Shown here: one piece after another, positions 1 to 11,000 of the stretch | Layout: every line of letters begins with the position of its first letter | Numbering within the stretch: position 1 is the first letter of the stretch | Source: Anaerolineae bacterium | Lineage (GTDB): Bacteria; Chloroflexota; Anaerolineae; 4572-78 | Length of the DNA: 55,899 bases | Assembly (NCBI GenBank): GCA_029932075.1 | Contig: JAOZQT010000013.1 | Location: forward strand, 1 to 55,899 | Reading direction: 5' to 3' | Program-made: the position numbers and the translations under genes | The notes under the pieces: generated by a model | Seen by the model: the letters and a program-made list of their open reading frames with translations, nothing else | Database searches by the model: none | What the model was told of the DNA's origin: nothing

Positions 1-291
1 CTCAACCGTTATTTAGCCTTATCATTTTTATTAATCGTGCTTTATATAAACTATGCTTCATGGATGTATTTAGCCGCACTTTTAGAAAAGAAAGCACTAG
101 GAGCCAAAAACAGTGGAGAATTAACCAGTGTCACAATGCCAGCAGGATTTATCGGGGGAACAGAAACTATTATATTTTATTGTTTATTTATGCTTTTACC
201 TCAATATTTAACTGTACTATTTTCAATCATGGGTATCTTGGTTGTGATTACGATAATGCAACGTTTAATTTGGGCTACACGTAATTTGTGA
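1..291 (+). CDS. C-terminal fragment of an integral membrane protein whose gene starts upstream of the window
   Basis: The reading frame is open from base 1 (LNRYLALSFLLIVLYINYASW...) to the stop at 289-291. The fragment is hydrophobic with TM-helix character. The family is not firmly recognised; a CDP-alcohol phosphatidyltransferase-like tail is possible. Confidence 0.4.
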   Translation, partial: LNRYLALSFLLIVLYINYASWMYLAALLEKKALGAKNSGELTSVTMPAGFIGGTETIIFYCLFMLLPQYLTVLFSIMGILVVITIMQRLIWATRNL

Positions 292-334
292 ACCAAATTT
301 TTTGTAATTATTCACTCCCTCTCTTGTCAGTAGA

Positions 335-382
335 CCCCCACCCCTAACCCCTCTCCCTGTGGGGGAGGGGTTAGGGGTGGGG
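335..382. repeat. GC-rich palindromic element (family C), copy C1, ~48 bp, imperfect inverted repeat
   Basis: Sequence is CCCCACCCCTAACCCCTCTCCC-TGT-GGGGGAGGGGTTAGGGGTGGGG, with 22-bp arms. It lies directly 3' of the upstream gene. It has G-quadruplex potential (GGGGG/GGGG/GGGG/GGGG tracts, TTAGGG-like). Related copies are at 9722, 25565, 31331, 35983 and 41001. Confidence 0.6.
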
Positions 383-577
383 ATGAACGCTTACGAGATG
401 GTTTAAAAACTTTTCTTGTTTTAGTTTAAATCAAGCTATTTATTAGCGAGCGGGTTCTTAGTCAGTTTCACCTATGACGGCGGCAGACGATGCCAGCTGG
501 TACAAACCCGTATAAAGAACAAGTGGTTACATTTTTTGAAACGGCTTTTATACAGAAGACAAGCATAATACAACTGC

Positions 578-606
578 TTGACTCTCACAGTGGTGCATGG
601 TAAAAT
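578..606 (+). promoter_or_regulatory. Putative sigma70-type promoter for the ProX-like gene
   Basis: TTGACT (578-583), then a 17-nt spacer, then TGgTAAAAT (598-606) as an extended -10. It sits ~45 nt upstream of ATG 654. Confidence 0.35.
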
Positions 607-653
607 AAGTTGTTAATTTATTATCATATAAAAAGGATATTTGTAGAAAACTT

Positions 654-1601
654 ATGATGTTACGTGTTTATTTAATAGTAGTTATGATTTTAGTTATGAC
701 CAGTTGTACTAATACAGAATCGCCCTCAGTTGAACAGGAGAAGCCAGTGATAAAATTGGCACAACGCGATTGGCTTGGTTTTGAATTGGACAACATGCTT
801 GCTAAGATAATCTTGGAAGAAGAAATGGGCTATACTGTCGAAATTATAGATATTGAGGCAGACCAACAATTTGAAATACTCGTTCAAGGTGAAGCCCATG
901 CTGTTTTGGAGATTTGGCCTATTACTTGGCTGAATGATATTGAGCGGTACATGGAAGTTGAAAAAACTGTTGAGCATGGCGGAAATTTGGGAGTCTTAGG
1001 TAAAATAGGTTGGTTCATGCCTAAGTATATGGTAGAGAAACATCCCGAACTTGCCACTTGGGAAGGCTTTAAAGACCCTGAATTGGCTCGATTGTTTAGC
1101 ACTCCTAGTACTGGTGATAAGGGACAATTTTTGACAGGATCCCCCGATTGGCTGGACGCGGCAGGAGATATTATTTCTAATTTAGATTTGCCTCTTCAGG
1201 TAGAATTTGCTGGTTCAGAAGAAGTTCTAGTAGAATCTATAATTACCGCTTATGAGAAAGAAGAGCCTATTCTATTTTATTTTTGGACTCCACATTATCT
1301 TTTTGCTAAATTTAGTTTAACTCCAGTTAAACTCCCACCATATAGCGATGAATGTTATGCTAAATTTGACACGGGCGGAGTAGATTGTGAATATCCCACC
1401 GATGCTCTCTTAAAAGCATTGTGGCCCGGTCTGAAAGATTATGCTCCTGATGCTTATGGTTTTTTGAAAAATTTTGGCTTTACTAATGAAGACCAAATAT
1501 CCATGATGGCTTCGGTTGAAATGGAAGGAAAAACCGTAGAACAATCCGTTCGTATCTGGATGGAGCAAAATGAAGTTACATGGCAAGCATGGATCCCGTA
1601 A
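654..1601 (+). CDS. Glycine betaine/proline-type ABC transporter substrate-binding lipoprotein (ProX/OpuAC family)
   Basis: Signal peptide with lipobox (LVMTSC). Colinear similarity to E. coli ProX, e.g. EPILFYFWTPHYLFAKF versus KPVFYYTWTPYWVSNEL. AAAGGA RBS upstream. Confidence 0.7.
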   Translation: MMLRVYLIVVMILVMTSCTNTESPSVEQEKPVIKLAQRDWLGFELDNMLAKIILEEEMGYTVEIIDIEADQQFEILVQGEAHAVLEIWPITWLNDIERYMEVEKTVEHGGNLGVLGKIGWFMPKYMVEKHPELATWEGFKDPELARLFSTPSTGDKGQFLTGSPDWLDAAGDIISNLDLPLQVEFAGSEEVLVESIITAYEKEEPILFYFWTPHYLFAKFSLTPVKLPPYSDECYAKFDTGGVDCEYPTDALLKALWPGLKDYAPDAYGFLKNFGFTNEDQISMMASVEMEGKTVEQSVRIWMEQNEVTWQAWIP

Positions 1602-1608
1602 ATATTAT

Positions 1609-1636
1609 GGAGCGTCAAAGCAAGCTTTGATGCTCC
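1609..1636. terminator. 28-bp palindrome (short family-A variant), putative terminator hairpin 8 bp after the ProX stop
   Basis: GGAGCGTCAAAGCAAGCTTTGATGCTCC has a ~12-bp stem and a 4-nt loop. It is not followed by a clear U-run. Confidence 0.4.
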
Positions 1637-1701
1637 GTAATCCAAGTTAATTCATTTTTCTTCCCTACAGTATTTCTCCATTCAAATGTAGTGTATATTT
1701 A

Positions 1702-4068
1702 ATGAATATTCTAAATCAATCGTCGAAATTTGATTTTTTGGATAATCTCAATATCGGTCGCAAGTTAGGACTTGCATTCAGTTTACTCATCATGTTATCG
1801 ATTATTTTTGGTGTTATGCTGTTTGTCATGGAAAATCTAGTAAAAACCATGTTCGAGGAAGTCCATAATGCCGACAAAGTAGCAAGTCTAGCACGTCAGA
1901 TAGAAGTAGAATTATTAGAGATGCGCCGCAATGAGAAAAACTTTTTGCTTCGTTATTCGGGTCAAAGTTTTGAGGGGGCTTATGGAAATTACGTTTTACC
2001 TAACCAACAACACTTTCAAACTTTGCTTGACTTGTTGACTGAAATACGCTCTATCATCCCCGCAGAAACAGAACGTGAAGTACGTTATGCTTCATTCTTA
2101 GATAAATTGGAAACAGCCACTCATGACTATCAAACTGTCTTTAATAATTTAGTTGAAAATATCCGCATTCGCGGTGACCAAAATTATGGTTTGACAGGTG
2201 ATGTGCTAGAAATGCTAGATACATTGGATAAAGAAATTGATGAAACTAATGAGTCAGATATAAAAATCACCAGTTCTAATTTACGAAAAGCATATCTATC
2301 ATATTTACATTTTGGCTTTCAATCAACGGGATACAATTATACAGAGCAACCTGTCCAAAAACATATTGATAATTTTCGAGAAGGTACAAAGCAACTCCAA
2401 ACTCTCATTAAATCACATAATAATTTATCTGCATCGAAACGGGAAAACTTGTCAATCATAACAAAAGAAATACAAAGCATGTTTGAACAATTATTAATGC
2501 TAGATAATGAAATCATCGAGCATGAAAAGCAATTAGCGATGAATGCTCGTTCTATAACCACGTTAGCAGGACGAATTATATCGAATGAAGAGGAACGTCA
2601 AACGGAAACTTTTGCTGAATTTATCACTTTACAAAATAGATACGTCATAGCAGGAATCGTTTTATTTATAACCACAATTTTATCGAGTGTAATCCTAGCT
2701 GTTATTTTCACCCGTAGTATTGCCATGCCCATTACCCATCTGACCGCAATCGCCACCCAAATTGCCCAAGCCCCCACTTTAGATGCATGGACGGGAAAAT
2801 TTGACCTTACACGTCAAGATGAAATCGGTATGTTAGCAAAAGACTTTAATTACATGACCATTCGATTGCAAACATTAATTGCTGACTTACAAGAGCGTGA
2901 ACAGAAATACCGTACTATTTTTGAAGAATCAAAAGATGTTCTTTTTGTTACGACAGCAGAAGGTCAGCTTATTGAAGTCAATCCCGCATGTAAAGAAATT
3001 TTTGGTTATACCATAGAAGAAGCAAAACTCTTAAATGTTGTTTCGTTTTATGCTTTTCCTGAAGACCGTCAGCGTTTCCGAAACGCTGTTGAATCTGAAG
3101 GGTTTGTGAAAAACCTTAATCTCAAAATGCGACGACGAGATGATAAAATTATTGATTGTTTAGTGAGTGCCACTTTGCATTATGACCCGTCGGGTAATTT
3201 TATGGGTTATCAAGGCATAATTCATGACATGACCGCACAGAAACATGTTGAAACTGAACGGCTAAAATTAACTGCAATTCGGCGAGAACTTTCGATTGCT
3301 AAAAATATACAGCATAACCTTTTACCCCCAAATAAACCAAATTGGCATGGGGTTGAAGTAGTTTGTTTTACCCAATCGGCACAGGAAATAGGCGGAGATT
3401 TGTATGCTTATCATGCCTTCCCGCCAACACTCGACCCTATGACAGGTGAAGTAATCGGAGGCAGATATGGCATTGCTGTCGGCGATGTGTCAGGAAAAGG
3501 AATATCGGCAGCTTTACTCATGGCATTGACTATGAGTACGTTTAAATCAACGGTACAACAATTTTTGGAACCGCCTGACCTGTTAGCTCAGATGGATAAA
3601 ACACTTATGACGTATACTAAAAAAAGTAGGCAAAACTGTGCTTTTGTGTATGTAGAATTTGATATAGACCTGACAGGTATTAGGCGAGGCACTATGGTCA
3701 ATGCAGGTTGTTCCATGCCCTTAATTCGACGGCATGATGGCACCGTTGATGAAATTGAAATTGGAGGCATGCCGCTTGGGGTTGGCTTGGGGAGCCAGTC
3801 AGGTTACATGTCAACCGAAGTCGAATTGCAACGTGATGACATGGTGATTTTGATGAGTGATGGTCTGCCCGAAGCCATGAATGAACATAACGAGATGTTT
3901 GGTTTTGAACGTTTGATGTATGCAGTAAAGTCATTCTCAAATCAAGACCTGAAAGGTTTTCAAAACATTTCAGGTCTCATGTTAGAACATATCAAAGATA
4001 AAGTCATGGCATTTATTGGCGATGCCGAACCGCATGACGATTTGACTATTGTTGTGGTGCAGGTATAG
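1702..4068 (+). CDS. Membrane sensor with HAMP and PAS domains fused to a PP2C-type (SpoIIE/RsbU-like) serine phosphatase
   Basis: N-terminal TM segments, PAS-like region (VNPACKEIFGYTIEEAK), and a PP2C/SpoIIE signature (GGDLYAY...VGDVSGKGISAALLMA...SDGLPEA). Confidence 0.75.
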   Translation: MNILNQSSKFDFLDNLNIGRKLGLAFSLLIMLSIIFGVMLFVMENLVKTMFEEVHNADKVASLARQIEVELLEMRRNEKNFLLRYSGQSFEGAYGNYVLPNQQHFQTLLDLLTEIRSIIPAETEREVRYASFLDKLETATHDYQTVFNNLVENIRIRGDQNYGLTGDVLEMLDTLDKEIDETNESDIKITSSNLRKAYLSYLHFGFQSTGYNYTEQPVQKHIDNFREGTKQLQTLIKSHNNLSASKRENLSIITKEIQSMFEQLLMLDNEIIEHEKQLAMNARSITTLAGRIISNEEERQTETFAEFITLQNRYVIAGIVLFITTILSSVILAVIFTRSIAMPITHLTAIATQIAQAPTLDAWTGKFDLTRQDEIGMLAKDFNYMTIRLQTLIADLQEREQKYRTIFEESKDVLFVTTAEGQLIEVNPACKEIFGYTIEEAKLLNVVSFYAFPEDRQRFRNAVESEGFVKNLNLKMRRRDDKIIDCLVSATLHYDPSGNFMGYQGIIHDMTAQKHVETERLKLTAIRRELSIAKNIQHNLLPPNKPNWHGVEVVCFTQSAQEIGGDLYAYHAFPPTLDPMTGEVIGGRYGIAVGDVSGKGISAALLMALTMSTFKSTVQQFLEPPDLLAQMDKTLMTYTKKSRQNCAFVYVEFDIDLTGIRRGTMVNAGCSMPLIRRHDGTVDEIEIGGMPLGVGLGSQSGYMSTEVELQRDDMVILMSDGLPEAMNEHNEMFGFERLMYAVKSFSNQDLKGFQNISGLMLEHIKDKVMAFIGDAEPHDDLTIVVVQV

Positions 4069-4076
4069 ATGTTCAT

Positions 4077-4124
4077 GGAGCGTCAAAGCTTGCTTTGACA
4101 TGAAAAAGCAAACTTTTTCGCTCC
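4077..4124. repeat. Family-A palindromic element, copy A1 (48 bp), between convergent genes
   Basis: GGAGCGTCAAAGCTTGCTTTGACATGAAAAAGCAAACTTTTTCGCTCC; an imperfect ~20-bp hairpin containing a HindIII AAGCTT site. Near-identical copies are at 25447 and 45448, with related fragments at 1609, 12205 and 52615. Confidence 0.6.
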
Positions 4125-4130
4125 TGACTC

Positions 4131-4433
4131 CTAACCCTTCACGAGTCCCTTCAAAATATACATCGCTCCCATGCCGATTAACACTAAGGGAATTACTACA
4201 TGCCAGGGGACATGTATACTTTGCATAATCGCAATTCCAATTGGGATAAGGATAAAGAGAGCAAATGTCCAAATTGCTTGACGAAACATACCACGTATCA
4301 ACAATCGGGTCGCTCCTGATAAGCCTAAAACCAACATAATACCTGGCCACCACCATCCTGTCAGAATCAGCATGCCGATGCCAATTAAAAGCACACCTGT
4401 TGAAACAGCATTTGCTTTTTCAGATTTATTCAT
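4131..4433 (-). CDS. Small integral membrane protein (3 predicted TM helices), hypothetical
   Basis: Strong RBS GGAGGAAAAAATG. Hydrophobic 100-aa product. Preferred over the overlapping ORF 3982-4356, which is a repeat-derived artefact. Confidence 0.5.
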   Translation of the reverse strand: MNKSEKANAVSTGVLLIGIGMLILTGWWWPGIMLVLGLSGATRLLIRGMFRQAIWTFALFILIPIGIAIMQSIHVPWHVVIPLVLIGMGAMYILKGLVKG

Positions 4434-4495
4434 TTTTTCCTCCTATTTATTAACATACCTATTTCATTTCATTTGTGCAAATATTGACATGATTT

Positions 4496-7270
4496 ATGAA
4501 AACAAATTCTAAAATACTAATCCCCATCACATTTATAGCATTTGCATTACGTGTATATGCCCTTGATTTTCAGCCGTTATGGGGTGATGAAGGCTGGAGT
4601 TTTTACTTCGCCTGCATGCCAATTGTTGATATGATACACTTAACGGCGTTAGATATTCACCCACCATTATATTATCTCATATTGCATGGCTGGTTTATGA
4701 TTGCAGGCATCACTTCTGAAATGGGGCGTTTCGTGTCAGTCATTTGCGGTACATTGCTCATCCCAATTGTATATCAACTTGCTCATGTAATTGAATCTAA
4801 CCACACCATTTCAAAGGTGAGTGGAGTGGGCGGGGTGCTGGCGGCATTCATAACTGCAATTAATCCTATGGCGATTTATTACAGCCAAGAAGTACGCATG
4901 TACGGTTTAGTAACGCTATTGGGAACGATGAGCATGCTTGCTTTCGTACATTTTTTAAGAGGCAATCAAAAAGCTAAATGGGCATACATCATCGTCACCA
5001 CATTAAGTTTATACACAATGTACTATGCTATTTTTATCGTGATTGCTCAAGGGATTTACGTACTGATAAGAGCGACAAAAAATTGGAGAGTCAAAGCTTT
5101 TATGATTAAACCTGACAGGTTTTTGGAAACCTGTCAGGTTTTGAACATTACCTCGTTTGTGACTATCGGCTTACTCTATTCCCCATGGGTGATTTATGCT
5201 ACAGATAAACTCATGGCATACATCGGGCAGAAAGTTAATATCGAAGGCTATACCTCGCTTACCTTAGCTGAATTTTTAACACGTTATGCGTTAGCCTTTT
5301 CGGTCGGGCATCCTTTGAAAATAGAAATTGAACTTCTTACGCCAATCACCATTTTATTTATCATGATTGCTATGCTGGGGACATGGAATCGCCTGAAATG
5401 TTCAACAAATAATTTTAAGGGACTTGTCTTACTTTATTTGTTTATTCCACTTTTATTAGGCTGGCTGATTAATTTAGTAAGCCCATTTACTCCACGCTTT
5501 TTCGAACGGACTTTGCTTATTGCCGCACCTGCTTGGTGGTTACTTGTCGCGGCTGGTTTGGCAAAAGTAAAAATCCAATTTTTCCCGAAAATCGAATTTC
5601 TACAGACGAGCATTATCGGACTTTTTCTAGTCGGCATTAACATGTACAGCTTGTTCGATTTTTACCAAATTCCTCGTTATCCCGATGAAGATTATCGTCC
5701 ACTTTTAGCTAAAGTTTCAGCCATCGCTACTCACAACGATATTATCATGGCAAGCTATCAATGGCAACTTGGTTATTATCATGCCTATCTAGCTAAACCC
5801 CATCCTCAGTTTTATATCGTGCCTGCATGGGGAAATACATGGGGAAATGACTCCGCTATCATGCGACATGATTTGACAAAGCTACTTCAACATGATGTTT
5901 GGTTTCCTGCTCATCAAACCTTAGGTCGAACATGGGAAACAAATGCAGAAAACATCATGACAGATATTGGCTTTCTGACATTGCTGACATGGTACGATGA
6001 AAATACTAAATTGACACTTTTTGCTAAGCAAACTACCATCACTCCAAGCCAAACAATTTATTTTAAAAACGACCTTAAATTAAATGTCTCTTTAGCCAAT
6101 GAAACCAATTTTGAAGCAGGGCGAGGTATCATACCTGTTGGGATTGCATGGGATGGGTTAGATAAAAATCAATTATCAAGTTATTTAGTTACCTTAAAAC
6201 TAAGCGACTCACATGGTGAAATTTGGGCAAAACGTGATGTTCTATCGCCGCAAACTGCTCGATTTACTGAACAACATGGTCTGTTGGTTGAAGCAGGTAC
6301 TGTTCCTGGTAGCTATGAAGTGCATTTAAGCGTGAGTCATGCTTCGCATAAAAAACCATTGGACATGCTAAGCAACGATGGTCAACCACAAGGCGTAGAA
6401 GCAAAACTGATGACAATAAATGTCTATCCCGCACAAACTCCCATCGGCAAAGCGGCTTTACCTGTTCAAACAATGACAAACATCCCATTTGATGACCATG
6501 TGAATTTGGTCGGCTACACAGTTGGACAAACAGAAATTCAAGCTGGAGAAACCCTGCCCGTCAATCTTTTTTGGCAAAGCATGAGCGATGCTTTACCTGA
6601 ATTAACCATGTTTGTGCAGTTGCAGGATGAGCATGGTAAAGCGGTCGCCTTAACCGAACATTCTCCGATATACCCGACTACGGCATGGCAATCGAAAACC
6701 CTTTTGAGAGACCTGCACCATGTCAAAATTCCTGCCGACTTGCCCCCAAAAACATACACCTTAGCCATTGGTGTACTTTATCCCAACAAAACCCGTTTGC
6801 AAACGCCGTTCAATAATCAATTTGTGCTAGGCAAAATTAAGCTGACAACTCGCTCCCATGAATTTGAAGCCCCTAGTTTCACTTATCCCGTTGAGGCAAA
6901 TTTTGACAACAAGGCTATTCTCATAGGCTATGACATATCCTCAACTCAATTGGAAATCGGAGATACTTTAACGCTTACCATGCATTGGCAGAGTAATGCC
7001 ATGTTTGACCGCAATTGGACAATCTTTGCTCATGTCGTTGATGAGGATGGCAAAATTATCGCACAGCAAGACCAGCTTCCACCATTTCCGACGACCACTT
7101 GGATTCCCAATGAATACATCAGTGATACTCGCTACATCATGCTAAAGCCTGACAAATTGCCAGGAGGCAACCACACAATTCATGTGGGGCTATACGATGC
7201 GGATACATTTTTGCGTTTACCTCTTGTAAATGGTGATGATACGTTTATTTTAAGTATGCCATCAAAATAA
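4496..7270 (+). CDS. GT-C fold glycosyltransferase (family 39/83, PMT/ArnT-like) with a large C-terminal extracytoplasmic domain
   Basis: Polytopic N-terminal ~450 aa carrying the first-loop motif YALDFQPLWGDEGWSFYFA typical of polyprenyl-phosphate-sugar dependent GT39/ArnT-type enzymes, followed by a ~450-aa soluble domain. Confidence 0.55.
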   Translation: MKTNSKILIPITFIAFALRVYALDFQPLWGDEGWSFYFACMPIVDMIHLTALDIHPPLYYLILHGWFMIAGITSEMGRFVSVICGTLLIPIVYQLAHVIESNHTISKVSGVGGVLAAFITAINPMAIYYSQEVRMYGLVTLLGTMSMLAFVHFLRGNQKAKWAYIIVTTLSLYTMYYAIFIVIAQGIYVLIRATKNWRVKAFMIKPDRFLETCQVLNITSFVTIGLLYSPWVIYATDKLMAYIGQKVNIEGYTSLTLAEFLTRYALAFSVGHPLKIEIELLTPITILFIMIAMLGTWNRLKCSTNNFKGLVLLYLFIPLLLGWLINLVSPFTPRFFERTLLIAAPAWWLLVAAGLAKVKIQFFPKIEFLQTSIIGLFLVGINMYSLFDFYQIPRYPDEDYRPLLAKVSAIATHNDIIMASYQWQLGYYHAYLAKPHPQFYIVPAWGNTWGNDSAIMRHDLTKLLQHDVWFPAHQTLGRTWETNAENIMTDIGFLTLLTWYDENTKLTLFAKQTTITPSQTIYFKNDLKLNVSLANETNFEAGRGIIPVGIAWDGLDKNQLSSYLVTLKLSDSHGEIWAKRDVLSPQTARFTEQHGLLVEAGTVPGSYEVHLSVSHASHKKPLDMLSNDGQPQGVEAKLMTINVYPAQTPIGKAALPVQTMTNIPFDDHVNLVGYTVGQTEIQAGETLPVNLFWQSMSDALPELTMFVQLQDEHGKAVALTEHSPIYPTTAWQSKTLLRDLHHVKIPADLPPKTYTLAIGVLYPNKTRLQTPFNNQFVLGKIKLTTRSHEFEAPSFTYPVEANFDNKAILIGYDISSTQLEIGDTLTLTMHWQSNAMFDRNWTIFAHVVDEDGKIIAQQDQLPPFPTTTWIPNEYISDTRYIMLKPDKLPGGNHTIHVGLYDADTFLRLPLVNGDDTFILSMPSK

Positions 7271-7293
7271 TTGTAACCGTTCCCCATTTGATT

Positions 7294-7322
7294 TTGGTGA
7301 TGGAGTGGTTTTGTGGTATAAT
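7294..7322 (+). promoter_or_regulatory. Putative promoter of the vapBC operon
   Basis: TTGGTG (7294-7299), then a 17-nt spacer, then the extended -10 TGgTATAAT (7314-7322), ~37 nt before ATG 7359. Confidence 0.3.
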
Positions 7323-7358
7323 GAATTTATCTATTTTTTGAATTGAGAGGTGGTAATT

Positions 7359-7604
7359 ATGCAAAACGTACAGACATTAAAAACAAATGTTATCAATACT
7401 TTAGATATGCTCCCATTTGAAAATTTACGACTATTAAGTGAATTTGCTTCTTTTCTACGATTGAAAATAGAACAGAGTACAATGCAACAAAAACCAGTTA
7501 TTAAACTAGGTGGTTTATGGGCAAATACACTCCCTATAACAGAAGACGATATTACAGAAGCACGTCAAGAAATGTGGGGTAATTTGGGAGAAATTGAAAT
7601 ATGA
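7359..7604 (+). CDS. Antitoxin of a VapBC-type toxin-antitoxin pair
   Basis: Small acidic protein immediately upstream of the PIN gene, overlapping it by 4 bp (ATGA). RBS GAGAGGTGG is 5 nt before ATG 7359. The track start at 7350 is a GTG inside the RBS. Confidence 0.6.
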   Translation: MQNVQTLKTNVINTLDMLPFENLRLLSEFASFLRLKIEQSTMQQKPVIKLGGLWANTLPITEDDITEARQEMWGNLGEIEI

Positions 7605-8008
7605 GTTTATCTTATGTAATCGACACACATGCTTTTATATGGCATCTTCAAAGTTCTTCAAGGTTGTCATCCACTGTCAAACAAATTTTTGCAGAGACAG
7701 ATGAGGGTAAAATAATTGTTATTGTACCAACTATTGTTCTGGTTGAAATGATTTATTTAGCAGAAAAAAGCCGAATACCACAAAATATTGTCAATATAGC
7801 ATTACAACTGTTGGGAAAAGAAAGTGCCAATTATCAACTTGCCCCATTGAATTTTGAAGTTGTGGAAAGCCTAAAACAAATACCACGTTCTGTTGTTCCT
7901 GATATGCCTGATCGTATTATTTCAGCAACAGCCTTAGCATTGAAACTTCCTCTTTTGAGTAAAGACTCAGCTATATTGCGTTTATTGAATATTAAAGTAA
8001 TTTGGTAA
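7601..8008 (+). CDS. vapC: PIN-domain ribonuclease toxin VapC
   Basis: N-terminal VIDTHAFIW (PIN first acidic residue). 135 aa. Translationally coupled to the upstream antitoxin gene. Confidence 0.75.
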   Translation: MSLSYVIDTHAFIWHLQSSSRLSSTVKQIFAETDEGKIIVIVPTIVLVEMIYLAEKSRIPQNIVNIALQLLGKESANYQLAPLNFEVVESLKQIPRSVVPDMPDRIISATALALKLPLLSKDSAILRLLNIKVIW

Positions 8009-8095
8009 ACCCAAATAACAAGGCGTTGCTGGCTAGGATAATTCACTCCACAAAATAATTGCCTAATTAAACAAGCAGGTATATAATTGGCATTG

Positions 8096-11000
8096 ATGTC
8101 AAACTATATTCATAAGCACGATGTTATTTCAATTATTATCCTATTTATCTTGCCGTTGATTTTCTTTTGGCAAGTCACACTTGGCACAAAAACCCTTCTC
8201 CCCGCCGATAATCTTTTCACTTTTGAGCCGTACCATTCGTTTGTAGATGAATTTGGTATTGAGCGGGTTCAAAATCATCTCCTGTCCGATTTAGTTTTAG
8301 AAAATTATGTTTGGAAACGGTTTATTCGAGAATCGATTGCCAAACGGGAATTACCTCTTTGGAATCCATACATCTTTGCTGGACAACCTTTTTTAGCAAA
8401 TGGGCAACATTCTGCCTTATATCCCCTGACGATATTATTCTACATCTTGCCATTAGAAAATGCTTACGGCTGGTTTACTGTTATCCAATTGTGGTTAGCT
8501 GGAGCATTTACTTATTTGTTTTTGCGGGTGCTGAAAGCAAATCGCTGGGGAGCATTACTAGCTGGCATTGTATACCAATTGAGTGGCTGGTTTATTTTCC
8601 GAATTGTTTTTACCATGATGGTAGCGGGTGCAGTGTGGTTGCCCTTCATCCTGGCAATTATCGAAATTATTATTCGCAAACAAGAGGAAAAAGGAGAACA
8701 GTCATACTCTCCAATTCCTTATGTTACTGTCGGTGCTATTGCAGTTGGGATGCAAGTTTTAGCGGGGCATGTCGAAATCACTTACTATATTTTGTTGGTG
8801 AGTGCCTTTTATGCCGCATGCCGTTTATTTTTCATGTGGCGAAAGCAAGTAGGGGTTTATGGTCATAACACCATACGTTTGATGGCATGGTTATGGGTTA
8901 TGATGGTCATAGGTTTAGGATTGGGTGCCATTCAATTAATCCCTTTTTATGAAATCGGTACATCAAATTTTCGTGAAGGGACAACTTCATTGCAACAAGT
9001 TCAAGAATGGGCATTACCCATGCGGCGGATAATTAGTTTTGTCATGCCAAATTTTTTCGGTAGTTCTGCCCATACAGAATACTTTGATTTGGTGAGCAAA
9101 ACATGGCAACCATTTGGACTTAATGCACATGGCGAAATCAATCCGCTTTGCAATTACTGTGCTACATGGGATGTTAAAACGGCAGTTGAGGCAGGAGCAT
9201 ATTTGGGGATTTTGCCCTTGATTTTAGCAGGATTGGCGATTTATACTGGAGTACGGAAATCGCGTTTTCCTGTTTTTATCTTCGGGACACTAGCAATTTT
9301 ATCATTACTTTTTGCATTTGGCACACCGCTTTATGCCCTTTTGTTTTATGGTTTGCCAGGCTGGAATCAACTTCATTCGCCCTTTCGTTGGATTTATCCA
9401 TTTACCTTGAGCATTGCAGTTTTAGCAGGTATTGGTGTAACCAATTTGTGTGCATCCAAAAGGCATGATGCAACAACTTCAAGGTATGTAGGCGGGTTAC
9501 TTTTTTGGAGCGGATTGATTGGCATGCTTGCCATGTTCATTACATTTATATTTCCTACCACACTTATTAACATCGGGCAGTTTGTTGTTGACCATTCGGG
9601 ATTGGCTCAAAATGCTTTTGCTGATGGTCGACAGTTTGCCAGTTATCAATGGCGTAATCTGCTTCATTTTTTCTCGATGGTCATGGCAAGTGGGGCAATT
9701 TTACGTATTAGCCTTGTAAATCCCTCCCCTTCAAAGAGGAGGGGCTGGGGTGGGGTCTGGAAACCGTTGATGTTGCTTATCGTCGTCATGGATTTGATGA
9801 TGTCGAGCATGGGTTTTAATCCTGCCGTTGACCCTACATTGCTCGATTTTACGCCGCCTGCTATCGAATGGCTACAAGCTCAACAAAAAACCGATTCTCT
9901 ATTTCGTATCACGAGCTTCGACACATCGACGGGAAGAGGAAATAAAATTCTCAATGCCAATACAGCCATGCTAAATCAGCTATTTGATGTGCGTGGTTAT
10001 GATAGCATCATTTCCAAACAGTACCTCGAATTTATGTTGCTCATCCAAGAAAATGGTGATTACCTTTATAATCGAATTGCCCCGATTTATCAACCTGGTT
10101 ATCATGCACTCGATTCTGCATTGCTGGATTTGCTAGGGGTGCGATATGTTTTGACTACAGAGACAATTCCAAATGAAAGCTATCGTTTGGTGTATGATGA
10201 GGAAATTAAGATTTATGAAAATATTGATGTCATGCCGCGGGCGTTTGTGGTGACTCAATCGGAGCATGACATCAAAGACATGGCGTTTGCTTTGCGGAGT
10301 CTGAATCCACGTGAGAAGGTTTTGATTCAGGATTTAGGGGGCAGGGGTGATGGTCAAACAAAAAATGTTTTCGAAAACCTTTCTTGTTTTAACAATAAAA
10401 AGGTTTCTATTACGGAGTATACGAATAATGAGGTGATTATTTCGGCTGAAGTGTTTGAGCCGAGTTGGTTGGTTTTAGCTGACAGTTATTTTCCTGGTTG
10501 GAAGGCATACATCAGCATGACCAATTCTGAAGAAGAAACCGAAATCACCATTCATCGAGCAAACGGCAATTTTCGAGCCGTTCATCTTCCCGCTGGGGCA
10601 TGGCAAATTCGTTTTATTTACACCCCGATGAGTTTTAAGTTAGGAATATATGTCAGTTTCCTAGCGGGCATGATACTGATGTTTTTGTTCGGCTATTGGT
10701 CATGGGGTAAACTTTATCGCGAGAGTGAAACGGATAGCCCGATAAAACGGATTGCCAAAAATAGTTTGGTACCAATGGTCATGGCTTTGACGAATCGGCT
10801 GATTGACTTTGCTTTTGCGATGGTGATGTTGCGTATTTTGCAACCCGAAGGGGCAGGAAAATTTGCTTTTGCAGTGGCGTTCATCAGCATGTCAGATATT
10901 ATCACCCGCTATGGTTTAGGTACATTAGTTACGCGGGAGGTTGCCGCTAATCGAACTGAAACTAATAGTTATTTGTCGAATGTAACTTTATTACGGATGT

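Noticed and set aside
3982-4356. Small ORFs sharing the peptide ...EKACFFMSKQAL... (3982-4356 -, 25328-25519 -, 25446-25661 +, 45323-45508 -)
   Set aside because: They are translations across the family-A palindromic repeat on either strand. They overlap better-supported genes and their similarity is explained entirely by the repeated DNA.
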